This document shows positions 9,436 through 19,368 of a stretch of DNA of 32,000 bases, piece after piece. Where the stretch lies: assembly GCF_025643275.1 (NCBI RefSeq), contig NZ_CP089977.1, forward strand, positions 240,001 to 272,000. The letters run 5' to 3'. Position numbers and translations under genes: made by a program. This DNA comes from Moraxella nasicaprae. GTDB lineage: Bacteria > Pseudomonadota > Gammaproteobacteria > Pseudomonadales > Moraxellaceae. Numbering within the stretch: position 1 is the first letter of the stretch; each line of letters begins with the position of its first letter. The notes beneath the pieces were generated by a model. It saw only the letters and a program-made list of their open reading frames with translations. It did not search any database and was not told the DNA's origin.

Positions 9436-10410
9436 ATGCACAGCACCGCCAAATTTGACGAACGCATCGCCCAAGTTCGTGCATTTTTATTGGAGTTGCA
9501 GACCAATATCATCACCGCCCTAGAACGCCAGGAGTCTTTGGGAGGTGTTGATGGCAAAAGTGACACCAAATTCATCAAAGATGAATGGCAACGCCCAGAA
9601 GGCGGTGGCGGTATCTCTTGCGTACTTCATGATGGTAAGGTCATCGAAAAAGCAGGCGTGATGTTTAGTCATATTCACATCAATCAAATGCCAGCGTCCG
9701 CCACCACCAGACACCCTCAGTTGGCAGGAGCCAAAGCTCAGGCATTGGGTGTATCGTTGGTTGTTCACCCAAAAAACCCACATGTTCCCACCAGTCACGC
9801 CAATGTCCGACTGTTTGTTGCCACGCCCGATGATGGTAGCGAGCCGATTTGGTGGTTTGGCGGTGGTTTTGACTTGACACCATTTTATCCTGTGCTTGAT
9901 GATGTCAAGCATTGGCATCAAGTGGCATTTGATGTCTGTCAGCCTTTTGGCGATGGGGTGTATGACCAGTACAAAGCATGGTGTGATGAATATTTTTATC
10001 TAAAACATCGTGGCGAGTGTCGTGGTGTGGGCGGGCTGTTCTATGATGATGTCAATACCGCCAGCACAGGGTGGGATTTTGAGCAATGTTTTGACTTCAT
10101 GCAAGCGGTCGGTCAAGGCTATATTGACGGCATTATCCCCATCTTTGCCAAGCGTCAAAACACCCCTTACACTGCCGAACAACGAGACTTTCAGCTGTAC
10201 CGACGAGGTCGTTATGTAGAATACAATCTGGTGTATGACCGTGGCACGCTGTTTGGTTTGCAGTCCAATGGTCGCACCGAATCCATCTTGGTAAGTATGC
10301 CACCACTAGCGGCCTGGGAGTATCGTTTTGAACCCAAGATTGGCACACCAGAGCATGAACTGACCGATTTTTATCTAAAACCAAAAGACTGGCTGTCTTT
10401 ATCATCATAA
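9436..10410 (+). CDS. hemF: Oxygen-dependent coproporphyrinogen III oxidase
   Basis: 324 aa. SD AGGAG lies upstream. Conserved [13 protein letters not shown] and [18 protein letters not shown]...[11 protein letters not shown] are present. Confidence 0.95.
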   Translation: MHSTAKFDERIAQVRAFLLELQTNIITALERQESLGGVDGKSDTKFIKDEWQRPEGGGGISCVLHDGKVIEKAGVMFSHIHINQMPASATTRHPQLAGAKAQALGVSLVVHPKNPHVPTSHANVRLFVATPDDGSEPIWWFGGGFDLTPFYPVLDDVKHWHQVAFDVCQPFGDGVYDQYKAWCDEYFYLKHRGECRGVGGLFYDDVNTASTGWDFEQCFDFMQAVGQGYIDGIIPIFAKRQNTPYTAEQRDFQLYRRGRYVEYNLVYDRGTLFGLQSNGRTESILVSMPPLAAWEYRFEPKIGTPEHELTDFYLKPKDWLSLSS

Positions 10411-10423
10411 TCGCCCAATCAAG

Positions 10424-10457
10424 AAAACCGCTCACGCCTTACATGGGCGGTTTTTTG
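10424..10457 (+). terminator. Rho-independent terminator after hemF
   Basis: AAAACCGC...GCGGTTTTTTG, 14 nt after the stop. Confidence 0.55.
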
Positions 10458-10826
10458 TCTGTTCATCATATGATTAACCCTCTTTTTGATTGATTTTTTT
10501 AACAATGTCGATATTGGTTAATCCAATGTCATTTAACAAACACATAAAAATCATGCCACAATGTCATCAAAACAAAACCACACCATCATCATTTTTCATA
10601 GTTGATAAAACCAACAACACCAAACATCACAACTTAGCAACCTAAGCCCGCCTGCTGTCATTGTAATATTATGATTGGATTTGAGTATAAACTGTTAAAT
10701 TTGTTTTAATTTGGTTAAAAAATGGGCTTTTTATCCATTTTTTAGCTAAAATAGTTCTTCATACTTATCCGACCATCATCGTGATGATGTGTTAATGAAC
10801 TTCTAGCCACTCCAATCGAGGAAGCC

Positions 10827-11282
10827 ATGAAACTAACTAAATTTATCCTAGCAGCCACCCTATCAAGCCTTGCCTTGGTTGGTTGCACCAAGAATGAAAC
10901 CACCGCCAGCGAATCTACCAGCATTAAAGCTCGTCAAGATTTGATGCAAGATTGGCGTGGGGCAAATGAAGCCATGAAAGGCATGATGGAAAATCCTGCA
11001 AGCTTTGATGCTGCCACTTTCAAAGAGCGTGCCGACAGCATTGCCAATAGCACCGCTGAGATGTGGAAGCACTTTGAGGGTGATGCCAACAAAGGTGGAC
11101 AAGCACAAGATACAGTTTGGACAGACGCTGCTGCCTTTAAAGCAGAAGTTGACAAATTTAATGCCGCTGCTGCTGAATTATCCGCTGCTGCTGCCAATGC
11201 AAAAAGCCACAGCGATGTTGAAGCACAATTTGGTGCTATGGCAAGCACTTGCGGTTCATGCCACAAACAATTTAAAAAATAA
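10827..11282 (+). CDS. cycP: Cytochrome c' (class II c-type cytochrome), lipoprotein
   Basis: SD GAGGAAG. Lipobox LALVGC. Four-helix-bundle-like Ala-rich sequence with a single CxxCH (CGSCH) close to the C-terminus, which is the class II cytochrome c hallmark. Confidence 0.75.
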   Translation: MKLTKFILAATLSSLALVGCTKNETTASESTSIKARQDLMQDWRGANEAMKGMMENPASFDAATFKERADSIANSTAEMWKHFEGDANKGGQAQDTVWTDAAAFKAEVDKFNAAAAELSAAAANAKSHSDVEAQFGAMASTCGSCHKQFKK

Positions 11283-11290
11283 TCCAATCC

Positions 11291-11325
11291 AAAAAAACAC
11301 CAGCAATCTTGTTGGTGTTTTTTTA
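11291..11325 (+). terminator. Rho-independent terminator after the cytochrome c' gene
   Basis: aaaaACACCAGCAA-tc-TTGTTGGTGTttttttt. Confidence 0.65.
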
Positions 11326-11448
11326 TTAACGCCCAAAAAACCACCAATAATATCAACTTTCTATCAATATTTGCGACAAAATTACAGACTTAGACCAATT
11401 TTTTTGCTACACTTAGACTTATTTTGTTTTATCAAAGATTTTGGTCGC

Positions 11449-12072
11449 ATGGTCGCACTTTCTCAGCTTTTACCCACACAGTTTGTGCTGTATGCCGATG
11501 ATGGCTACGCAAGCCATGTGGTGCGTCTTTTGCTTGAAGAAAAGCAGCTGGAATACGAACTGATGTTCATCGATGATGACCGTCCTGATGAGTTGGCAGA
11601 ACTCAATCCTTATCGCACCCTACCCGTGCTTGCCAATCGTGATGTTGCCTTGTATGAAATGAATATCATCTTTGAATACCTAGAAGAACGCCATCAGATG
11701 CCAAAATTATTGCCGCACACCCCAAAAGAGCGTGCCTTAGCACGAACTTTGGCATGGCGACTACAACAAGATTGGCTGACCAACGCTTATACTCTATTGA
11801 CCCACCCAGACAGTTTTGATGTACAGGCGGCAGAGAATGCCAAAAAATCTTTATCCGATTCTTTGATTACGCTATCGCCTTTATTCGGACGACAAGAGTT
11901 TTTCTTATCCGATGAATTTGGCTGGTGTGATGTGCTGATTTTGCCGTTACTTTGGCGATTGCCACAGATGGGTATTACCCTACCCACCCATCTATGCCGA
12001 CCACTCATCGATTATCAAAACAGGCTATTTAAACGACCAAGTTTCATCAAAAGCATTGCTTTAACCATTTGA
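11449..12072 (+). CDS. sspA: Stringent starvation protein A (GST-like)
   Basis: Internal ATG at 11449 of the 355-aa track ORF. Collinear with E. coli SspA (LNPYRTLPVL, IIFEYLEERH, FFLSDEFGWCDVLILPLLWRLPQMGI). Confidence 0.9.
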   Translation: MVALSQLLPTQFVLYADDGYASHVVRLLLEEKQLEYELMFIDDDRPDELAELNPYRTLPVLANRDVALYEMNIIFEYLEERHQMPKLLPHTPKERALARTLAWRLQQDWLTNAYTLLTHPDSFDVQAAENAKKSLSDSLITLSPLFGRQEFFLSDEFGWCDVLILPLLWRLPQMGITLPTHLCRPLIDYQNRLFKRPSFIKSIALTI

Positions 12073-12088
12073 TTTTTAAGGAAATATA

Positions 12089-12475
12089 ATGACAGCCCCA
12101 AAACGCCCTTATTTTGTTCGTGCCATGCATGAGTGGCTAGAAGACAATCATTTGACCGCTTATCTGATGGTTGATGCCACACACCCTGACTTGGTCGCCC
12201 CCATTCAATACGCCCAAGATGGTCGCTTGGTGCTGGCGGCTTCATATCAAGCCACTCACGCCCTGCATATTGATAATGATAGCATTAGTTTTGCTGCTCG
12301 TTTTGGCGGTGTCTCACAAGATGTCTGGATTCCCATGTCAGCCTTGATGGGTATTTATGCCAAAGAAGAGCCTGAGCATGGACTATTTTTTGACCCAAAC
12401 GAATACGCCGATGTCACGCCTGCCAGCCAAGAAGAAAAACCTGCCAATAAAGGCGGATTGCGTTTGGTGGATTAA
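12089..12475 (+). CDS. sspB: ClpXP adaptor stringent starvation protein B
   Basis: 128 aa, 16 nt after sspA. N-terminal RPYFVRAMHEWLEDN and a C-terminal GGLRLVD ClpX-binding-type tail. Confidence 0.85.
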   Translation: MTAPKRPYFVRAMHEWLEDNHLTAYLMVDATHPDLVAPIQYAQDGRLVLAASYQATHALHIDNDSISFAARFGGVSQDVWIPMSALMGIYAKEEPEHGLFFDPNEYADVTPASQEEKPANKGGLRLVD

Positions 12476-12623
12476 GTTTCATTTTCCCACAAAAGCCGTC
12501 CAATGCGTTGTGTTTTTGGATGACTTTTTTGATATAATAAACCGTTTTATGTTGGCATGCCCACCCAAAGTATCATGATGGGGATTGATTTGCCAGTTTT
12601 TGCTAGTTTATTTTGAGGTTTTC

Positions 12624-14675
12624 ATGAGTTCTAATCGCAAAATTCTTGTCACCAGTGCCTTGCCTTATGCCAACGGCCCGATTCATCTGGGGCATTTGGT
12701 GGAATATATCCAAACCGATATCTGGGTTCGTGCCATGAAAGCGATGGGACATACCGTAACTTATGTCTGTGCTGATGATGCACACGGTACAGCCATCATG
12801 CTAAAAGCCCAAGATAATGGCATTACCCCAGAAGAACAAATCGCCAATGTCAAGGCATTGCACGAAAAAGACTTTGCAGGATTTGGTATTGGTTTTGATA
12901 ATTATCACTCCACACACAGTCCTGAAAATGAGCAGTTTTCTAGCCAAATTTACACCAGTCTTGAACAAGGTGGCTACATTTTTACCAAAGATGTAGAACA
13001 ACTGTTTGACACCCAAAAAGGTCTATTTCTGGCTGACCGTTTTGTCAAGGGCGAATGTCCAGAATGTCACGCCCAAGACCAATATGGCGATAACTGCGAG
13101 GTATGTAGCAGTACCTATAACGCCACACAGCTCATCAACCCTTATTCCACACTCAGCGACTCCACCCCTGTGGTCAAATCATCAAAACACTACTTTTTTG
13201 ATTTGCCCAAATTTGATGATTTTCTAAAATCATGGACCAAAGGCGATGGTCGTCTGCAATCTGCCATTTACAACAAACTCTCCGAATGGTTCGAGGCAGG
13301 TCTTGCTCCTTGGGATATTAGCCGTGACGCTCCTTATTTTGGTTTTAAAATTCCTAATACACCTGCTGGCGAGCCTGACAAATATTTTTATGTTTGGCTG
13401 GACGCACCCGTAGGCTACATGGCAAGCTTTAAAAATCTTTGCGATAAAACTGGCATGGATTTTGATGAATACTGGCGTAAAGATTCAAGCACTGAATTGT
13501 ACCATTTCATCGGTAAGGACATTGTTTATTTTCACGCCTTGTTCTGGCCAGCCATGCTCGAAGGTGCTGGATTTCGCACACCAACCGCCATCAATGCACA
13601 CGGATTTTTGACGGTGAATGGCGAGAAGATGAGTAAATCTCGTGGTACTTTCATCAAGGCAGAAACTTATCTTAACCATCTAAATCCTGAATATCTGCGT
13701 TATTATTTTGCCAGCAAATTGTCTGCAAGCGTTGAAGACATCAATCTTGACCTTGATGATTTTATGCAAAAAGTCAATTCCGACCTTGTGGGTAAAGTGG
13801 TCAATATCGCCAGCCGTTGTGCAGGTTTTATCCACAAAAACAATGCTGGTGTATTGGCAGATACACTCAGTGAACCAGCATTGATTCAAGAGATTATCGA
13901 TGCTGGCGATGAGATTGCCAAAGCCTATGAGGCTCGTGAATTTGGGCGTGCCACTCGATTAATCATGGCGTGTGCTGACAAAGCCAATGAATACATTGAC
14001 CTACATAAACCTTGGGCATTAAACAAAGAAGGCAAAACCGAACAAGTGCAAGCAGTTTGTACGGTGGCATTAAATATTTTCCATAAATTAGTGATTTATT
14101 TATCGCCCATTTTGCCAACCTTAACCAGCCAAGCTCGCACTTTTCTTAATGTAGATAACCTAAACTTTGCCAGCCGTCATCAGCATCTAACCGCTCATGC
14201 CATCAATGCCTTTGTGCCTTTGATGAGTCGTGTTGAAAAAGACAAAGTTGATGCCATGGTTCATGATTCCAAAGAAAATCTGGTCAACCAACCAGCCGCC
14301 TCTACAACCAATAAAGCGAGCAAAACCCAAGCGGTTAGCCAAAATGACACCACCATCAGTATTGATGATTTTGCCAAAGTAACCATGAAAGTGGCTCATG
14401 TCATTGAATGCAATGCCGTTGAAGGTGCTGATAAACTGCTACAATTCACCCTAGATGTTGGCGAAGAGCATACTCGCAATGTGTTTAGTGGCATTGCCAA
14501 ATTCTACAAACCAGAAATGCTGACTGGCAAAAAAGTTGTCTGCGTCACCAACCTAGCACCACGCAAGATGAAATTTGGCGTTTCAGAAGGCATGATTTTA
14601 TCTGCCGAAAAAGACGGACAGCTCACCGTCATTACCCTGCCTGATTCTATGCCAGTCGGTGCGACTTTGGCATGA
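12624..14675 (+). CDS. metG: Methionine--tRNA ligase
   Basis: ATG 12624 with the SD TGAGG. HIGH motif (PIHLGHL), a zinc knuckle ([17 protein letters not shown]) and KMSKS are present, plus a C-terminal tRNA-binding (EMAP/Trbp111-like) domain. Confidence 0.95.
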   Translation: MSSNRKILVTSALPYANGPIHLGHLVEYIQTDIWVRAMKAMGHTVTYVCADDAHGTAIMLKAQDNGITPEEQIANVKALHEKDFAGFGIGFDNYHSTHSPENEQFSSQIYTSLEQGGYIFTKDVEQLFDTQKGLFLADRFVKGECPECHAQDQYGDNCEVCSSTYNATQLINPYSTLSDSTPVVKSSKHYFFDLPKFDDFLKSWTKGDGRLQSAIYNKLSEWFEAGLAPWDISRDAPYFGFKIPNTPAGEPDKYFYVWLDAPVGYMASFKNLCDKTGMDFDEYWRKDSSTELYHFIGKDIVYFHALFWPAMLEGAGFRTPTAINAHGFLTVNGEKMSKSRGTFIKAETYLNHLNPEYLRYYFASKLSASVEDINLDLDDFMQKVNSDLVGKVVNIASRCAGFIHKNNAGVLADTLSEPALIQEIIDAGDEIAKAYEAREFGRATRLIMACADKANEYIDLHKPWALNKEGKTEQVQAVCTVALNIFHKLVIYLSPILPTLTSQARTFLNVDNLNFASRHQHLTAHAINAFVPLMSRVEKDKVDAMVHDSKENLVNQPAASTTNKASKTQAVSQNDTTISIDDFAKVTMKVAHVIECNAVEGADKLLQFTLDVGEEHTRNVFSGIAKFYKPEMLTGKKVVCVTNLAPRKMKFGVSEGMILSAEKDGQLTVITLPDSMPVGATLA

Positions 14676-14681
14676 TGATTT

Positions 14682-14705
14682 GCCCTGCTTAGGCGGGGCT
14701 TTTTG
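14682..14705 (+). terminator. Rho-independent terminator after metG
   Basis: GCCCTGC-ttag-GCGGGGC followed by TTTTTG. Confidence 0.55.
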
Positions 14706-14712
14706 TTATTTT

Positions 14713-15783
14713 ATGAGAAAAATCATACACTTGGATATGGATGCTTTTTTTGCCAGTATTGAGCAAAGAGACAATCCTGCCTATCAAAACAAACCTCTCA
14801 TCGTTGGTGGCAATCCCAACGGTCGTGGCGTGGTTGCAGCCGCCAGCTACGAAGCAAGACGCTTTGGCATTCGCTCAGCCATGAGCTGTTTTGAGGCCAA
14901 GCAACGCTGTCCAGAGGCGATTTTTGTACCACCAAGATTTGAGACTTATCGTGCCGTCAGCGAACAAATTCAAGAAATCATGGCACAGCTTAGCCCCATC
15001 ATCGAGCCTGTCTCGCTAGATGAGGCGTATCTTGATGTTAGTCATCAAGACAACCATCAAGGCTCAGCAACTCTGATGGCAGTATGGCTCAAAGATGAAA
15101 TCTATCGACAGACCCATCTGACGGCATCGGCAGGCATTTCATATAATAAAATGCTTGCCAAAATTGCCTCTGACATCAACAAACCCAATGGCATCACCCT
15201 TATACCACCCAATCATGCCCAAGCCCTGATTGACGCCTTGCCCATTGAAAAGTTTCATGGCATTGGCAAGGCAAGTGCTTTAAAATTACATCAAGCAAAT
15301 ATTTATCACGGTCTGCAACTTCGCCAAACTCCTATTGAACATCTGGTTGCAATGTTTGGCAATAAACGGGGTAAATTCTATCATCAAATCGCTCATGGCA
15401 TTGACGAACGAGAAGTAAAAGCCACCCGAATACGAAAATCGATTGGCTCGGAAACCACCTTTGCTGAAAATCTACAACAGACTGAGGTGCTGCTTGATAA
15501 AATCTTTCAACAAAATCAAGAGGCTTTTGAGATTTTACAACACAAACAATTTCAAGCCCACACCATTACTCTAAAAATCAAATACGCTGATTTTAGCATC
15601 ATTACTCGCAGTCATTCGCTCAAAACTCCTTTTAAAGATGCTCATCACAGTTTTTTGTGGCTCAAAAAATTGTTCGAACAAGTCCCCAAAGAAAAACCAA
15701 TCCGACTGGTCGGTGTGACTTTTTCTAATTTTAGCAAACATGCCCCTAAGCAGCCCAGCTTATTTGATGAGCTGTCTGTCTAG
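14713..15783 (+). CDS. dinB: DNA polymerase IV (Y-family)
   Basis: ATG 14713 (MRKIIHLDMDAFFASIEQRDNP). SLDEAYLDV and the HGIGK helix-hairpin-helix region are present. Confidence 0.9.
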   Translation: MRKIIHLDMDAFFASIEQRDNPAYQNKPLIVGGNPNGRGVVAAASYEARRFGIRSAMSCFEAKQRCPEAIFVPPRFETYRAVSEQIQEIMAQLSPIIEPVSLDEAYLDVSHQDNHQGSATLMAVWLKDEIYRQTHLTASAGISYNKMLAKIASDINKPNGITLIPPNHAQALIDALPIEKFHGIGKASALKLHQANIYHGLQLRQTPIEHLVAMFGNKRGKFYHQIAHGIDEREVKATRIRKSIGSETTFAENLQQTEVLLDKIFQQNQEAFEILQHKQFQAHTITLKIKYADFSIITRSHSLKTPFKDAHHSFLWLKKLFEQVPKEKPIRLVGVTFSNFSKHAPKQPSLFDELSV

Positions 15784-16069
15784 ATGGTTTGTGCCAAATT
15801 AACAACTCGTTGATGGCAATAAATGGGCTGAGCAATGCTTATAATGCTTAAATTGACACCAAAATAAACACATCATTACCAAGCCTATTTTGTGGTTCGA
15901 CAAGCTCACTTTGAGCAAAAAACCTTTGTCTGGTTTTGAATAGAATTGACTATATTAACCAAAGGGCATGAACACCATCATTGATAAGCCACCCAATAAA
16001 ATAATCGCCCATCATCTGCCATGATGAGCAATCGCTTTGGATAACCCTGCCAAGTATCATGCAAACACC

Positions 16070-17851
16070 CTAATGCTGGCGATTTTTTTGAAAAAACATC
16101 ATCAAAATAATCACCAATAGGTACACGCCCTGCCCAAATACGCCCTGCACACTTGGATAAAACCCCAACCACTCAACACTAGGTAAATCAATGATGGTGC
16201 GTGGCAAATGATTGGTTAATTGCAATGCCAAAATACTCACGCCCAAAATCTTAAAACCAAGCACATAAATGGTCACTGTCAAAATTTTAAAGAGCATGGG
16301 AATGGGTAATTTGACAGAAGTTTTTAGTAAAATTACCGCCACAATCGCCAAAATCAATAGTGTCAAACCAATACCAAGGATAAAATCTTTCATCAAAATG
16401 TTTGGCAAAATCCCCACATAAAACAAAATCGTCTCCGCTCCCTCACGAAATACTGACAAAAAAGCAAGTAAAAACAATGAGATAAAACTACCTGTACTCA
16501 TCGCTTTACCAAGATTTTGTTTAATATAGGCATTCCACGCCCTAGTGGACGACTTAGAATGTAGCCATGCCCCCACGCCAATCATCATCGCTACTGCCAC
16601 GATACCAACCACGCCCTCCAACGCTTCACGATTTGCTCCACCTGTCAGCTGTGGAAAAAGACCGTACAAAGCAACCGCCCCCAGTACACTACCCACCAGC
16701 CCCAAACTTACGCCAGCATAAATCCATTTTTTGGCTGCTCTTTGACCGCTGGCATTTAATGCCGTGATGAGTGCCACCACAATGAGCAATGCCTCCAAAC
16801 CCTCACGAAGCAAAATCAGCATGCTATCTAGCGAAGTGTAGCGTGCAGCAGGATTGATGGCTTGTAACTCTTTGATGATATTGGTTAATTTTTCTTGGCT
16901 TGCCGTATCGCCTTTTGCCATAATGATGGGAATTTGGCTTTCGATTTGGGTGTATAAGGCAGGATTTCGGGTAGAAACTTCGCCCTCAAACACCACCCAA
17001 CTCTGGATAAATTGCCCAATCTTACCCTGAGCGTCTGCTACTTTGCCTGCCTGCAAATCATCAAGACCGCCTTGCAATAGCCTAATGCCATACGCCAAAT
17101 CAATGCTTTCATCTGCCTGTACACGCATTGGCTTGCCCAGCACATAGCCATCAATCGCCTCTTTTAGCGTGGCAAATTGACTATCCATTTGAGCAAGATT
17201 TTGGGTCTCGATTGCCACACGAAGCAGAGCCATCGCTGTTTCAATCGCTCCATAATGCCCTTTTTGCGTGTTTCGCACCACTCGTTCATTAGCAACCCAA
17301 ATGCGGTTAAACGCATCATAAGCAAGGCGTAAATTATCCACATCGCCATCGCCTCTAAATCGCTCAATCGCCTTAGCTAAATCATCTAAGGCAGGCTTAA
17401 CCTTCTGAGCAAAACGCTCATTTGCCTGTGTATAATCCACAGGATTTTGTGCTTTTTCAAGTGTATATAAAGCGGTGGAAAGATTGCCCAGATGTTCATC
17501 GGTGGGGTTTTGTAACGCTGTTTGAAAAGCTGACAACACCGATTGTCTTAATGCGTGATGCTGACCGTCAATATTAAGTACATCAAATGCCTTGTAGCTT
17601 TTTTGCAGTTCGCTGCTTGCCTGACTTATCTGTCCATCTTTAACCAGACTCATCGCATCAGAAATACTGATAAAAATAGGGCTAAAATTAACCTTTTGTG
17701 ATTGAGCGGTTTGTTTTGGCAAACTGGCTTGAACAGATGGGCTGACTTGCCGCTGATTGAGCGTGTTATCGCTGGCAAATACTGGATTAACCAGCAATAA
17801 AGGCAAGGATAATCCCAGCCGCCATAATATTTTATTACTTTTTTTCATCAT
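16070..17851 (-). CDS. efeU: FTR1/EfeU-family high-affinity iron permease with a ~340-aa N-terminal periplasmic extension
   Basis: Two REGxE motifs (LREGLEAL, FREGAETI) sit in a 7-TM C-terminal half. A signal-peptide-like N-terminus (MMKKSNKILWRLGLSLPLLLVNPVFA) is followed by a long helical soluble region. The start at ATG 17851 or 17848 is preferred over GTG 17860. Confidence 0.8.
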   Translation of the reverse strand: MMKKSNKILWRLGLSLPLLLVNPVFASDNTLNQRQVSPSVQASLPKQTAQSQKVNFSPIFISISDAMSLVKDGQISQASSELQKSYKAFDVLNIDGQHHALRQSVLSAFQTALQNPTDEHLGNLSTALYTLEKAQNPVDYTQANERFAQKVKPALDDLAKAIERFRGDGDVDNLRLAYDAFNRIWVANERVVRNTQKGHYGAIETAMALLRVAIETQNLAQMDSQFATLKEAIDGYVLGKPMRVQADESIDLAYGIRLLQGGLDDLQAGKVADAQGKIGQFIQSWVVFEGEVSTRNPALYTQIESQIPIIMAKGDTASQEKLTNIIKELQAINPAARYTSLDSMLILLREGLEALLIVVALITALNASGQRAAKKWIYAGVSLGLVGSVLGAVALYGLFPQLTGGANREALEGVVGIVAVAMMIGVGAWLHSKSSTRAWNAYIKQNLGKAMSTGSFISLFLLAFLSVFREGAETILFYVGILPNILMKDFILGIGLTLLILAIVAVILLKTSVKLPIPMLFKILTVTIYVLGFKILGVSILALQLTNHLPRTIIDLPSVEWLGFYPSVQGVFGQGVYLLVIILMMFFQKNRQH

Positions 17852-17948
17852 TGATACCACAAACCTAAAACATTAAAACATGAACGCAAATCAGCACATC
17901 ATCAGCCGCATGAATATATTTAAATCATCATCTTAAAAGATGATTAAA

Positions 17949-19148
17949 TCATTCAAACAATGCTTGCCCCAAATAACCACCTTCGCTGACACCGCCAAAA
18001 CACGCAAAAATCCCAGAGCCAATGTGTGTGGTGTATTCAGTCATCTTATCGACATTGCCAAAAGCAGATTGAATGGCACTAAACTGCATTGGTGTCTTTT
18101 GGAAACTGATGAACAAAAGTCCTGCATCAAATTGCCCACGCACAATACCACTACTATACGAATAAGAACGACGCAATAGCTGCAATCCTGTGCGTTTGGC
18201 AAGCCCTGCATGAGAGTCTTCGCCAAGCAAATAGTGACCTTTCTCATCTTTGCCATGCACATCAAGGGTGGCAAATTCATCACTTTGCCCAATCCCTGCC
18301 CCACTCTCACGATGTCTACCAAAAGTATCTTCCTGCCCCTGCAAAGAAGTTCTATCCCAAGTTTCAAGATGCATCTGAATCAGGCGAACCACCAAATACG
18401 ACCCGTTTTTGAATGCCCCTTGGTCAATCCATAGCCATTTGTTGGCATCTTTTAGAGTTTCTTTATTTGCCGTGCCGTCTTTGAAAGCAAATAGATTGCG
18501 AGGAGTGTGGCTACTCTCATCGTAGGCATTATAGCCTGATTGCGACCATTTCATGGTAATTGTTGAGCGAGCCTGACGCACCAGCTGACGCACAGCATGA
18601 AAAGCAACCTGAGGGTCATCAGCACAGGCTTGTATGCAGATGTCGCCTCCTGATAATTCAGGGCGAATCTGGTCTCGTGGGAATTTTGGCAACTCTGCAA
18701 ATTCGGGTGGTGCTTTATGTGTCAAATTTAGCTTCGCTAAAAACGAAGGACTTACCCCAAAAGTCAAGGTCAAACCATACGCCCCCAAACTATCCGCCTC
18801 GCCTGTGTCAGTCGGTGGCAAATGTGGGTTTTTATCATAAGGCTTGATATTTTCCCCACGCATCAATCTGGCGGCATATTCCGTCCAATCTTTGAACATT
18901 TGCTTGATTTCATCAAGGTTGGTGCTATGCAAATCCATCACCAAAAAATAAGCATGTCTTTGAGCAGGTGTCACAATACCCGATTGGTGCTGACCATAAA
19001 ATTCATGGGTCAAATCCGCCAAAGGCTGTTTGCCATTCGCATCAGGACTTGATGTCGCCACAGTCTCGCTGGCTTTTTGGGTGCAAGCCCCAAGTGTCGC
19101 CACACCCAGCAAACTGGCGGTTTTTAAAAATGTTCTGCGATTTTGCAT
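17949..19148 (-). CDS. efeB: Dyp-type peroxidase EfeB (Tat-exported)
   Basis: ATG 19148. Twin-arginine signal MQNRRTFLKTASLLGVATLGA. DyP-type FAFKDGTAN (GxxDG-like) region. Confidence 0.85.
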   Translation of the reverse strand: MQNRRTFLKTASLLGVATLGACTQKASETVATSSPDANGKQPLADLTHEFYGQHQSGIVTPAQRHAYFLVMDLHSTNLDEIKQMFKDWTEYAARLMRGENIKPYDKNPHLPPTDTGEADSLGAYGLTLTFGVSPSFLAKLNLTHKAPPEFAELPKFPRDQIRPELSGGDICIQACADDPQVAFHAVRQLVRQARSTITMKWSQSGYNAYDESSHTPRNLFAFKDGTANKETLKDANKWLWIDQGAFKNGSYLVVRLIQMHLETWDRTSLQGQEDTFGRHRESGAGIGQSDEFATLDVHGKDEKGHYLLGEDSHAGLAKRTGLQLLRRSYSYSSGIVRGQFDAGLLFISFQKTPMQFSAIQSAFGNVDKMTEYTTHIGSGIFACFGGVSEGGYLGQALFE

Positions 19149-19321
19149 AAAAAACTCCCAATTCCTAGTGAATAGATGACCACTCATCATCTTGATTCAT
19201 CTAACATTATCCAGCTCATCCATCCCAAGCCTAAAAATATCATGAATCTGCGATGATTTGTCCGACCATCATTCAATTTTTTTAAGTTTTATTTTGCTTT
19301 TAATATAGATAATATTAAAAA

Positions 19322-19360
19322 TATAAAAAACAAAAAGCACCAATCTTCATCGGTGCTTTT
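19322..19360 (-). terminator. Rho-independent terminator between efeO and efeB
   Basis: On the minus strand: AAAAGCACC-10 nt loop-GGTGCTTTT followed by TGTTTTTTAT, starting 9 nt after the efeO stop. Confidence 0.55.
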
Positions 19361-19368
19361 TGCATGGC

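Noticed and set aside
11005-11448. The N-terminal 148 codons of the 355-aa track ORF that ends as sspA.
   Set aside because: This part overlaps the cytochrome c' gene out of frame and runs across its terminator. Homology to SspA begins at the internal ATG 11449.
15894-15900. A GGTTCGA motif resembling a tRNA T-loop in the dinB/efeU convergent spacer.
   Set aside because: No acceptor, D or anticodon arms can be folded around it, so this is not a tRNA or a convincing tRNA fragment.
15978-16172. A 64-aa minus-strand ORF overlapping the 3' end of efeU.
   Set aside because: It overlaps efeU out of frame by about 100 nt and has no SD or recognisable features.
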